Origin: Octopus vulgaris
Taxonomy: Eukaryota
Length of the DNA: 64,000 bases
NCBI GenBank assembly: GCA_951406725.2
Contig: OX597843.1
Location: forward strand, 4,774,001 to 4,838,000
Direction of reading: 5' to 3'
This document shows, one piece after another, positions 39,841 through 53,239 of the stretch (positions within the stretch are counted from its first letter, which is position 1; the number at the start of each line of letters is the position of its first letter). The notes below the pieces were generated by a model, which was given only the letters and a program-made list of their open reading frames with translations, was not told where the DNA came from and did no database searches. The translations under genes and the position numbers were made by a program.

Positions 39841-40956
39841 ATATTTAGCAGAAGCAACAGAGTGGATTCAAGGGCCCAAGACTTTCGTCCCTTATATATG
39901 AGTGAGAGCAGAAATTTCTTCCAAGCTCCACTTGGTCAGCTTCTGTGATAACTCCCCCCCCCGGGTTTCTGTCCCGTCCTCTCTCACTCTCTTTCTCTTC
40001 CTTTCTCTCTTTCGTGTCGTGCTTTAGAGAAGGTAAGAGGAAAGAGAAAGAAGAAAAGAGAGAAACGGAGAGTAAAGGGAAAGAAGGGGAGGAGGAGGAA
40101 AACGAGAACAAGAGGTAAAACTGAGCGAGAGGAGAGAAAAGAAAGAGTAAGAGAATAAAGAAAGAGATAGAGAAAGAGAGGGTAGAGTAGTTCCGAGGTG
40201 AATGCACGTGGGGTAAGCGTTGCTACCTTGAGTCATTCTGTGTGCAGTAACGAGAGAGAGAGGGATATTGAGAGAGAGGGAGGGAGGGAGAAAGAGAAAG
40301 GGGGCGAGTGAGGGAGAAAAAAGGGAGGAGAGGGAGATAGAGAGAAAAACTCGTAGAGAGGGACAGACTGATAGAGAGAGGGAAGGGAGCATAGAAATAC
40401 AATGAGGAGAAGTGTGAGATGAACGGAAGAGAAGGAGACTTGGATCTTTTTTTGTTTGTTTATTCGTTTTATTGTCTTTTTTTATTTTGTGACAAGATTT
40501 TCTTTGTTTTAATCACTCTTTACTCTTTCTCTCTCTTTTTACTTGTTTCAGTCATTTGACTGCGGCCACGCTGGAGCACCGCCTTTAGTCGAGCAACTCG
40601 ACCCCGGGACTCATTCTTTTTGTAAGCCCAGTACTTATTCTATCGGTCTCTTTTTGCCGAACCGCTAAGTGACGGGGACGAAAACACACCAGCATCGATT
40701 GTCAAGCAATACTAGGGAGACAAACACAGACACATACATATATACATATATATATACATATATATACATATATACGATGGGCTTCTTTCAGTTTCCGTCT
40801 ACCAAATCCACTCACAAGGCATTGGTCGGCCCGGGGCTATAGCAGAAGACACTTGCCCAAGATGCCACGCAGTGGGACTGAACCCGGAACCATGTGGTTG
40901 GTTAGCAAGCTACTTACCACACAACTTAGATCTGAAAACATCTATCTATCCATCTA

Positions 40957-40999
<43 letters not shown>

Positions 41000-41004
41000 G
41001 TCTA

Positions 41005-41039
<35 letters not shown>

Positions 41040-41048
41040 GTCTATCTA

Positions 41049-41083
<35 letters not shown>

Positions 41084-41088
41084 GTCTA

Positions 41089-41123
<35 letters not shown>

Positions 41124-41164
41124 GTCTAACTATCTATCTGTCTGTCTGTCTATCTATCTGTCTA

Positions 41165-41204
<40 letters not shown>

Positions 41205-41315
41205 CCTATCTATCTATATTGTGTGTGAGTATGCGTATGAATTTGTGTATATGTGTATGTTTACACACACATAGATACGTAAATATATATATGTGTGTGC
41301 ATGCATGTATGTATA

Positions 41316-41355
<40 letters not shown>

Positions 41356-42291
41356 ATGTGTATATATCATCATCATCATCATCATCATTGTCATCATTTA
41401 ACGTCCGCTTTCCATGCTAGCATAAGTTGGATGATTTCACTGAGGACTGGCGAACCAGATGGCTGCACCAGGCTCCAATCTTGCTCTGGCAGAATTTCTA
41501 CAGCTGGATGCCCTTCCTAACGCCAACCACTCCACGAGTGTAGTGGGTGCTTTTACCTGCCACCGGCACAAGGGCCAGTCTGGTAAGAAGAAATAAGGTA
41601 CTCAGAAGTCTGGATGGTTTTATATTTACATATTTTTATTAATATGTCACGTGTTTTTATAAATCATATATTAGCGCTTGCATCCACTTTAGTGGATTCT
41701 TCAGATTAATAAAAATCTGTAAATATAAAACCATCCAGATTTCTGAGTACCTTATTTCTTCAAATATATATATAGTACTGCCTGACTGGCCCCCATGCCG
41801 GTGGCACGTAAAAGCACCCATTAGACTCTCGGAGTGGTTGGCAATAGGAAGGGTATCCAGCTGTAGAAACTCTTCCAGATCAAGATTGGAACCTGGTGCA
41901 GCCATCTGGTTTGCCAGCCCTCAGTCAAATCGTCCAACCCATGCTAGCATGGAAAACGGACGTTAAACGATGATGGTGATGATGATGATGATGTATAAAA
42001 ATATATGTAAATATCTGTAAGTATAAATATCTACTGCATATGACAGTTTAAAAGTTTTGAATTAAATATTTAAAGCGCCTTATGATCGTTTCACAGAAGG
42101 GTTGTCCCTAAAATGAAATTCTATATTAATAAGCAGGAGTGGCTTTGTGGTAAGTAGCTTGTTTACCAACCACATGGTTCCGGGTTCAGTCCCACTGCGT
42201 GGCATCTTGGGCAAGTGTCTTCTACTATAGCCTCGGGCCGACCAAAGCCTTGTGAGTGGATTTGGTAGACGGAAACTGAAAGAAGCCCGTC

Positions 42292-42352
<61 letters not shown>

Positions 42353-42663
42353 TGTGTGTGTGTGTCTGTGTTTGCCCCCCTAGCATTGCTTGACAACCGA
42401 TGCTGGTGTGTTTATGTCCCCGTCACTTAGCAGTTCGGCAAAAGAGACCGATAGAATAAGTACTGGGCTTACAAAGAATAAGTCCTGGGGTCGATTTGCT
42501 CGACTAAAGGTGGTGCTCCAGCATGGTCGCAGTCAAATGACTGAAACAAGTGTAAAAAAAAAAAAGCATTTATAGACAACCCTTCTTTGTGATTATGTAT
42601 GTTTAGAATGATATTGTAGGGTTGGTATCAGAGGCCAGATCAGGCTGGTTTGAACCAGATATG

Positions 42664-42763
42664 NNNNNNNNNNNNNNNNNNNNNNNNNNNNNNNNNNNNN
42701 NNNNNNNNNNNNNNNNNNNNNNNNNNNNNNNNNNNNNNNNNNNNNNNNNNNNNNNNNNNNNNN
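42664..42763. other. Assembly gap (100 N)
   Basis: Run of exactly 100 N, a placeholder of unknown true size. Confidence 0.99.
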
Positions 42764-42880
42764 TGTTCATTGTTGTGAAACGAAATCTTTTTTTTTTAAT
42801 GAATATTTTTGAATTCATAAATATTTCAACTTACAGAAAAATATAATTACTTTTGCTGTTAATGGTTTTCATGGCTTCCA

Positions 42881-42915
<35 letters not shown>

Positions 42916-42984
42916 CTCTGTAATCAGACAGACGTGACAATATATTAATTAGTGTTTGGCTAATGAGAGAAAGTTGGAGGATGG

Positions 42985-43615
42985 CTTGTGGTGGTGGTGG
43001 TGGTGGTGGTGGTAGAGAAGGTGATGTTGGTGGTGATGGTGATTTCGGTGATGGTGGTATTGGTTGTAGTGGTAGTGGTGGTAATTGTGGTGGCTGTGAT
43101 GGGGGTTAGTGGCAGGTGTGGTGGTGGTGGTGTTGGTTGTGGTGGTGGTGGTGGTGGTGGTAGGGATGGTGGTGGGAATGACGATGATTGTGGTGGTGAT
43201 GTAGGGATGGTGGTAGTTGTGGTGGTTGTGGTGATGGTGGTGGTGGTAGTGAGAGTGATAGGGATGATGGTTGTGATGGTGGTATTGATGGTGATGACGG
43301 TGGTGGTGGCGGCGGCAGCGGCGGCAGCGGCGGCGGTGGTGGCGGCGGCGGTGGTGGTGGTGGTGGTGGTGGTGGTGGTGGTGTGGTGGTGGTGGTGGTA
43401 GTGGTGGTGGTGGTGGTGGAGTTGGTGGTGGTGATGGTGGTAGTGGTTGTGGTGGTGGTGGTGATGGTTGTGGTGGTGGTGGTGGTGGTGATGGTGGTAG
43501 TGGTAGTGGTGGTGGTGGTGATGGTGGTAGTGGTTGTGGTGGTGGTGGTGATGGTTGTGGTGGTGGTGCTGGCGGCGGCGGTGGTGGTGGTGGTGGTGGT
43601 GGTGGTGGTGGTAAT
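42985..43615. repeat. (GGT/GAT/GGC)n trinucleotide tract
   Basis: Seen directly. Confidence 0.95.
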
Positions 43616-43684
43616 GTTGAGAGCATAGCAATAATATTTTCATGAATTTATCAAGTCATTGCCTTCTGCAATATATTACAGCAG

Positions 43685-43745
<61 letters not shown>

Positions 43746-44054
43746 ACACACACACCTTTGTATATTGTTGTTATCATCAAGAATTTAGAAACTGCAAGAT
43801 TCATAAAAATAATTCTTACTTTGGACTGGTAAAACCTGAAGCAGATAAGGCTATGAATAACCATTAGTAAATATTGGCCTGAAAAAAAAAACCCTCCTGG
43901 AGAGAAAATGCTGAAGAGTGCCCCCCTTGGAACTTGAACCTACATCTACAGAAATGACATAGCTTTATGTTGTCAAGTGATGTCGGGGGGACAAACACAG
44001 ACACGCAAACATATACACACACACACACATATATATATACACACATATACATAT

Positions 44055-44176
<122 letters not shown>

Positions 44177-44336
44177 GATGGACTTCTTTCAGTTTCCGTC
44201 TACCAACTCCACTCACAAGGCTTTAGTCGGACCGAGGCTATAGTAGAACACACTTGCCCAAGGTACCACACAGTAGGACTGAACCCAGAACTATGTGGTT
44301 GGTAAGCAAGCTACTTACCACACAGCCACTCCTATG

Positions 44337-44371
<35 letters not shown>

Positions 44372-45049
44372 GACGGGCTTCTTTCAGTTTCCATCTACCA
44401 AATCCACTCACAAGGCTATAATAGAAGACACTTTCCCGAGGTGCCACACAGTGGGACTGAACCCAGAACTATGTGGTTCGTAAGCAAGCTACTTACCACA
44501 CAGCCACTCCTACACCTATGGTACCACCAACAAACAATTCTTGTTGGCATGAATAAATTTTCCAAAATAATTGGAGAAATTAAGACACCCATCATGTCTA
44601 AAAGAGATTTGGGTTTGTGTCTCATGAGCAGCCTTTGACTTAGTCTTTCCAAAGGATTCTTTAACCCAGTATTTGCCCCTTATTATCTATTGGCCTATAG
44701 GCCCATAGGCCAATGGACTGGCAGAATCATTAGCATGCCAGGCAAATTGCTTAGCGGCATTTCGTCTGTCTTAATGTTCTGAGTTCAAATCCCTCTGAGG
44801 TTGACTTTGCCTTTTTTCCTTTCAGGGACAGTAAAATTAGTACCGGTTGAGTGTTGGGGGCCAATCTAATCGATTAAACCTCTCTCCCCATAAATTCCTG
44901 GCCTTATACCAAAATTTGAAATCAATATCTTGAAAAAAGGTTTTTAAGATTTTGTGCAAAAAACACAAATATTTCTGTTGTTGAATGAGAGCGAAAAAAA
45001 AAGAAAAAGTTGACATTTTTAATTTAAATATCAGATTTCTGTATAATAG

Positions 45050-45095
<46 letters not shown>

Positions 45096-45333
45096 TGTGT
45101 GTATGACTGTGTGTGTGAGTGTGTGTGTATGTGTGTGAGTGTGTGTGAGTGTGTGTGTGTGTGTTATGCAAATGTTGATATGTGTGTGTGTGTGTGGATG
45201 TATATGGGTATATATGTGTTTGTGTTTTTATGTGTGAGTGTGTGCTTATGTGTGTATGATTGCGTGTATGTATGTGTGAGATAACACGTATATGAGTATG
45301 GCCTGTGTGTAGGGGTTTCCATATTCACACACC

Positions 45334-45377
<44 letters not shown>

Positions 45378-45538
45378 CACACACATATATATATATATGC
45401 ATGTATACATGTATATATATATATATTTTTACATATATGTATATATATAGACATACGCACACACACATATATACATGTATATATATATATATATTTTTAC
45501 ATATATGTATATATATAGACATACGCACACACACATAT

Positions 45539-45590
<52 letters not shown>

Positions 45591-45774
45591 CGTGTGTGTG
45601 TGTGCATGCATATATGCACACACACACATAGATATATATGTAGGTATGTGTATGATGGTACATGTGTATGTGAACATACATACATACATTCAGGCAAACA
45701 TACACATATATTCACATATTTCCATGTGTGTGTGTGTGTGGTTATATGTGGATATATGTATGCATACCATTCAG

Positions 45775-46275
45775 TTATGTATGTATGTATGTATGTATGT
45801 ATGTGTATGTATGTATGTATGTATGTATGTATGTATGTATGTATGTATGTATGTGTGTATGTATGTATGTGTGTATGTATGTATGTATGTATATATGTGT
45901 GTATGTATGTATGTATGTATTTACGCATGTATGTATGTATGTATGTATGTATGTGTGTATGTATCTATGTATGTATGTATGTGTGTATGTATGTATGTAT
46001 GTATGTATGTGTGTATGTATGTATGTGTGTATGTATGTATGTATGTATATATGTGTGTATGTATGTATGTATGTATTTACGCATGTATGTATGTATGTAT
46101 GTATGTATGTATGTATGTGTGTATGTATGTATGTATGTATGTATGTGTGTATGTATGTATGTATGTATGTATGTGTGTATGTATGTATGTATGTATGCAT
46201 GCATGTATGTATGTATGTATGCATGCATGTATGTATATATGTATGCATACCTGAATGTATGTATGTGTATGTGTA
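45775..46275. repeat. (TATG)n microsatellite
   Basis: Seen directly. Confidence 0.95.
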
Positions 46276-46628
46276 TGTTGAAATATATATGTGGGTGAGA
46301 GAGAGAGAGGGGGGTGTATATGTGTGGAGCATGCATGTGTATGTGTCCATGTATGTTTGTCTGCACGTGTGTGTGTATGTGTGTGTGCGATATGCATGAG
46401 CGTGTATGTATGTGTGTATTATGTGTGTGTGTTATGTGTGTGTATTGTGTGTGTGTGTGTGTGTGGGTGTGTGAGGTGGGGTGCCAGCCATTCACCAATC
46501 ACCGCCATTGAATGCCAATCCATAAACGGCTCCTTTCAAATATATTTCTATTAATATATCGGACTTAGGAAGAACGGAAGCAACAGAGACAAACAGGGGA
46601 CTGGGGGAGGAGAGAGGGGGTGTATATA

Positions 46629-46763
<135 letters not shown>

Positions 46764-46834
46764 ATATATATATGTGTATATATATAAATATATATATACA
46801 TATATATATACATATGTATATATATATATGTGTG

Positions 46835-46948
<114 letters not shown>

Positions 46949-47532
46949 TGTATATATTTATGTATGAATGCCTATGGTTGTGTGTGGAGATGCATGACCT
47001 AATGTGTCTGTATGTGTGTGTATCGTATGTCTCTCTTTCTCTCTCTCTCAGTATATTTATATATATATATATATACATACATATATTCATTTGTCTGTGC
47101 ATGCTTGTATGAAGATTTTCTAAATTATATACATATATACGTATGTGTATGTGTGTGTTTATATATATATTTATGTGTATGTATGTATGTGTGTATGTAT
47201 ATATATACATGTGTGTGTGTGTGTGTCATTGAACGTGAGAATATTCCAAAGAATTTAGAAACGGTAAAGGCAGATTGTATGGGTGGGGGTTAAATTGTAA
47301 AAGAAAAGTCCGTATAGACACACATACAAGGCCTTATATGAATATGCATGTCTGTGTATTGTATATAGAATGTGTGTGCGTATGTAATTATGTATGTGTG
47401 GGTATAGTGGTGTGGGTATAGTGGTGTGTGCATGTACGTAAACAAATAAAAGGGGTTTTTATACACACACTCAGCTGTGTTGTTTGGTTGAAGAGTTGTT
47501 TATGCGTACACACACACATTCACACACACACA

Positions 47533-47975
<443 letters not shown>

Positions 47976-48130
47976 CATATACTGCTCAAATGAATTTGAA
48001 CTCCTAATTCTTCCTCGAAGATTAGGTCCAGAGTATTGAGACTGGTTGTAAGAGGAATCCAAGGTGAGCTGATATGGAAATAATGATGTGGGTAGATGCA
48101 GCTAGGCCTTACATTTTGTGTGTGGGTGCC

Positions 48131-48169
<39 letters not shown>

Positions 48170-49441
48170 CATTAATATAAAAGGGCTTAGTAAAATAAAT
48201 TACTTTGCCACATACTGAACTCATTAGAAATAGCAGCCAAAAAAGTTTTTTAGCTATTTCTAATACTTAAAGAAAAATTTCTCTCAGATAGTGTTTACTC
48301 AGAATAACCCACGAAGGTATGGGGGTAAAAAACATTACTAAAAATAAGCAACAAGGATATCCATGGTAGAGTAGTACAATTGTTTCATGCTACTTCATTT
48401 TATTAAACACTGTAAGTATTACATCAGTTTTAAAATGTTGACCAATCTTCAGCTGCATATAGAATTTTCCAATCAAACAGATAATGCACATTCTAATCCT
48501 TATTTCATTTGCCAACATTATATCATCATCATCATCATCATCGTTTAGCGTCCGCTTTCCATGCTAGCATGGGTTGGACAGTTCAACTGGGGTCTGGGAA
48601 GCCAGAAGGCTGCACCAGGCCCAGTCTGATCTGGCAGTGTTTCTACGGCTGGATGCCCTTCCTAATGCCAAACACTCCGTGAGTGTAGTGGGTGCTTCTT
48701 ACGTGCCACCGACACAGGTGCCAGACGAGGCTGGCAAACGGCCACGATCGGATGGTGCTTTTTACGTGCCACCGGCACGGGGGACAGACGAGGCTGGCAA
48801 CGGCCATGAACGGATGGTGCTTTTTATAACACCAAATATATAGTGCGTGTGTTTTTATTGGCTAAACTGGCAAAATGACCATTCCTAAATACAACAATAG
48901 TTATACATAATATTTACTAACTGTGGAAAAAAAACAATATAACAAACAATATATACACCGCCGATAGCTGTTGTTGACAAACAACAGCAATAATTTTATT
49001 CAGCTGAATACACGTCATTGATTGGTTGAAATTACCAAAATACGACAACTTTAACGTGAAATAACTTTGTAAATATAAGCTTTTCACAAAAACGCTAAGA
49101 ATAAAAGATGTTTTATATGACACGTTCTACCAGTATCCAAAGTTTTAAAGTGTTTAGTTACAAAAAATTATTTTTTAAATCTGTCGGTCAAAAGCTAAAG
49201 ATCCTGTATGTGTCTTTAAACCTGTGTCCTCCACCACCGCTTGACAACCGATATGGGTTTGTTTACATCCCCATAAGCTAGTGGTTCAACAAAAGAGACT
49301 GATAGAATAAGCAACCAAGCTTTAAAAATGTAGGTTGGTTAGTCATGGCTGGACTACCTCTGACCAGCATCAAAAACAGCTGATCTGCAGATTAAATACC
49401 GATAGACATGAACATGTGTGTGTATATATGTGTGTGTGTAT

Positions 49442-49592
49442 CACTAGTGTTGCTAGGGTGTGTGCCGCTCAGGGAGAACCTTCCGTGTGCTGCCCCCCGG
49501 GGCCCACAAAAAACGCATATTGCCTACAGCAGACCCAAAAGTGTCACCCCTTTAAAAGTGCCGCCACTACTTTCCCACTAGCCACGCTAGTG
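49442..49592. mobile_element. hAT-like MITE
   Basis: TIRs cactagtgttgctag / ctagccacgctagtg; flanking 8-mers gtgtgtat / atgtgtat (7/8 match, but low complexity). Confidence 0.6.
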
Positions 49593-49693
49593 ATGTGTAT
49601 GTATAAACATACACATAGTCATATATCTATGTGTGTGTGTGTGTTTGTGTGTGCGTGTGTGTATATGTATGTGTCATAAACGTCTACAGAGAC

Positions 49694-49738
<45 letters not shown>

Positions 49739-50719
49739 TACATGAATGTGTGTGTGTGTGTGTACGCATGTACGGATGGATGTATATGCATACAAACATG
49801 TATATGTATAAATAAGATATATATATATATATATACATACACACACACATAATATATATAAACACACATATATATACACACACATACATATATATACACA
49901 CATATATATACACACACATTATATATATACACACACACATTATATATATACACACACACATATATATAAACACATATATACACACACATACATATATATA
50001 CACACATATATATATACACAAATATATATATACACACACACACATTATATATATATACACACACACATATATATAAACACATATATACACACACATACAT
50101 ATATATACACACATATATATATACACAAATATATATATACACACACACACATTATATATATATACACACACACATATATATAAACACATATATACACACA
50201 CATACATATATATACACACATACATATACACACACATTATATATATACACACACATATATAGACACACACATATATACACACACACATTATATATATACA
50301 CACACATATATAGACACACACACATTATATATATATGTATAAATATATATATTTGTATGTATGTATGTATATAGGTGTGTTTGTGTGCATGCGTACGTAT
50401 CTATCAATATATATATGTGTGTATTGTGTATTATGTATATATCCATGCATATGTATACGTACACACACTCAAATATGTGTGTGTATATTAATATACGAAT
50501 CCTTGTGTGTGTGTGTGTAAATATTCATAAATGCGAACACTTACACACTTATACACATACAAACAAACACACACACCTATACGCACCTATACACACACAC
50601 ACACCTATACACACACACACACACCCGGCTATCTTTCTCTCTTATCTATTGTTCTTTCGCTTTGATCTTGCCGCTGTAATAAGCTACTTAACTCCAGTCT
50701 ACGTCGACGCCAACCCACC

Positions 50720-50833
50720 CACGACCACCACCACCACCAACAACAACAACAGCAACACAACCACCACTACCACTAGTAGTAGTTGTAGTAGTAGCAGTAG
50801 TAGTAGTAGTAGTAGTAGTAGTAGTTGCAGTAA

Positions 50834-50869
<36 letters not shown>

Positions 50870-50887
50870 CAGCAGTAGTTGCAGTAA

Positions 50888-50923
<36 letters not shown>

Positions 50924-50936
50924 CAGCAGTAGTTGC

Positions 50937-50986
<50 letters not shown>

Positions 50987-51008
50987 CAGTAGTAGTAGTA
51001 GTAATAGT

Positions 51009-51061
<53 letters not shown>

Positions 51062-51152
51062 CAATAGTAGCAGTAGTAGTAGTAGTAGTTGTAGCAGCAG
51101 CAGCAGCAGTAGTAGTAATAGTAGTAGTTGTTGTTGTAGTAGTAGTAGTAGT
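50720..51152. repeat. (AGT/AGC)n trinucleotide tract
   Basis: Seen directly. Confidence 0.95.
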
Positions 51153-51265
51153 TCCATGTGCCAGAGTACGTAAATATATATATATGTATATCATCATCAT
51201 CATCATCGTCATCATTTAACGTCCGTTTACCATGCTGGCATGAGTTGGAATGTATGTATAGTGCG

Positions 51266-51340
<75 letters not shown>

Positions 51341-51450
51341 CGGGTTCAGTCCCACTGCGTAGCACCTTGAGCAAGTGTCTTCTACTACAGCCTCGGGCTG
51401 ACTAAATGTGAATGGATTTGGTAGACGGAAACTGAAAGAAGCCCGTCGTA

Positions 51451-51502
<52 letters not shown>

Positions 51503-51574
51503 CGCACTATACATACATTCCAACTCATGCCAGCATGGTAAACGGACGTTAAATGATGACGACGATGATGATGA

Positions 51575-51638
<64 letters not shown>

Positions 51639-52216
51639 GTGCATGTATGTTTGTGTGTCTGTGTTTGTCCCTCCTATATCGCTTGACAACCGATGCTGGT
51701 GTGTCTACGTCCCCGTAACTTAGCGGTTCGGCAAAACAGACCGATAGAATAAGTACTAGGTTTACAAAGAATAAGTCCTGGGGTCGATTTGCTCGATGGA
51801 AAATTCTCATTTTCTTGTCGGTTACGTACAAGGGGGTGATCCCTCTTTCTCGCAGGTCGACTTTGCCTTTCATCCTTTCGGGATCGATAAATTAAGTACC
51901 AGTTACGCACTGGGGTCGATATAATCGACTTAATCCGTTTGTCTATCCTTGTTTGTCCCCTCTGTGTTTAGCCCCTTTGTGGGTAGTAAAGAAAAAGATC
52001 CCTCTTTCTCGCATGCAATTATAAAAGTTATAGGACGTCCCTTAATGACATTCACTATAGAATGGTTTTGCTTTCCTGCTTGACCACCAGGGGTCACTAC
52101 ATATATATATATAATAGCAAAGGGTAAAATCAATTAATTAAGAAGTAATTAGTAATTTCACCAAGTAGAATTCGGCATGAAGAGGACCATTTCATGGTAA
52201 GTTTAAGTAATACTTA

Positions 52217-52528
52217 ATAATTAGGGTTCAGCAAAGATTTGCTTTACCACATACCGAAGTTTAGAAATAGCAGCCAAAAAATCTTAGCTATACTTTCTAA
52301 TTTAAAAGGGGCTCCCAGAAAAACCAAAGTACTTGAAGACAATCCAGGCAGGGCAAAGGGAAAAAAAATAACGAAAATCAATCTATATATTGATTGCTTG
52401 GATAGTTTTCAAGTATTTTGGTTTTTCTAGGAACCCCTTTTAAAGTAGAAGGTATAGCTAAGATTTTTTGACTGCTATTTCTAAACTTCGTTATGTGGTA
52501 AAGCAAATCATTGCTGAACCCTAATTAT
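52217..52528. mobile_element. Fold-back element with ~130-bp inverted arms
   Basis: ataattagggttcagcaaagatttgctttaccacataccgaagtttagaaatagcagcc... / ...ctgctatttctaaacttcgttatgtggtaaagcaaatcattgctgaaccctaattat; related single arms at ~48165-48270 and ~57940-57990. Confidence 0.8.
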
Positions 52529-53195
52529 AAAGTATATATATATATGTATGTATATATGTATGTATATATATGTGTGTTTATATATATGTATATATTTATT
52601 GATCTGTTTACTTACATATCTAAATGCTTACGGAGTGGCTGTGTGGTAAGTAGCTTGCTAACCAACCACATGGTTCCGGGTTCAGTCCCACTGCGTGGCA
52701 CCTTGGGCAAGTGTCTTCTGCTATAGCCCCGGGCCGACCAATACCTTGTGAGTGGATTTGGTAGACGGAAACTGAAAGAAGCCCGTCGTATATATGTATA
52801 TATATATATATATGTATATGTGTGTGTGTGTGTTTGTGTGTCTGTTTGTCCCCCTAGCATTGCTTGACAACCGATGCTGGTGTGTTTATGTCCCCGTTAC
52901 TTAGCGGTTCGGCAAAAGAGACCGATAGAATAAGTACTGGGCTTACAAAAGAATAAGTCCCGGGGTTGATTTGCTCGACTAAAGGCGGTGCTCCAGCATG
53001 GCCGCAGTCAAATGACTGAAACAAGTAAAATGGTATACACACAAACTCACACCTACATACATACATTTATCTACCTGACAGTCCACTAACTATTCTACTC
53101 TACCTGTGTAAACTGTGGGTATTGGAGGTATGGTGTTTATTGTGTATATTTCCTATTTAATATTGGGGAAGTTTCATTTATAAGGACGTACTCCC

Positions 53196-53239
<44 letters not shown>

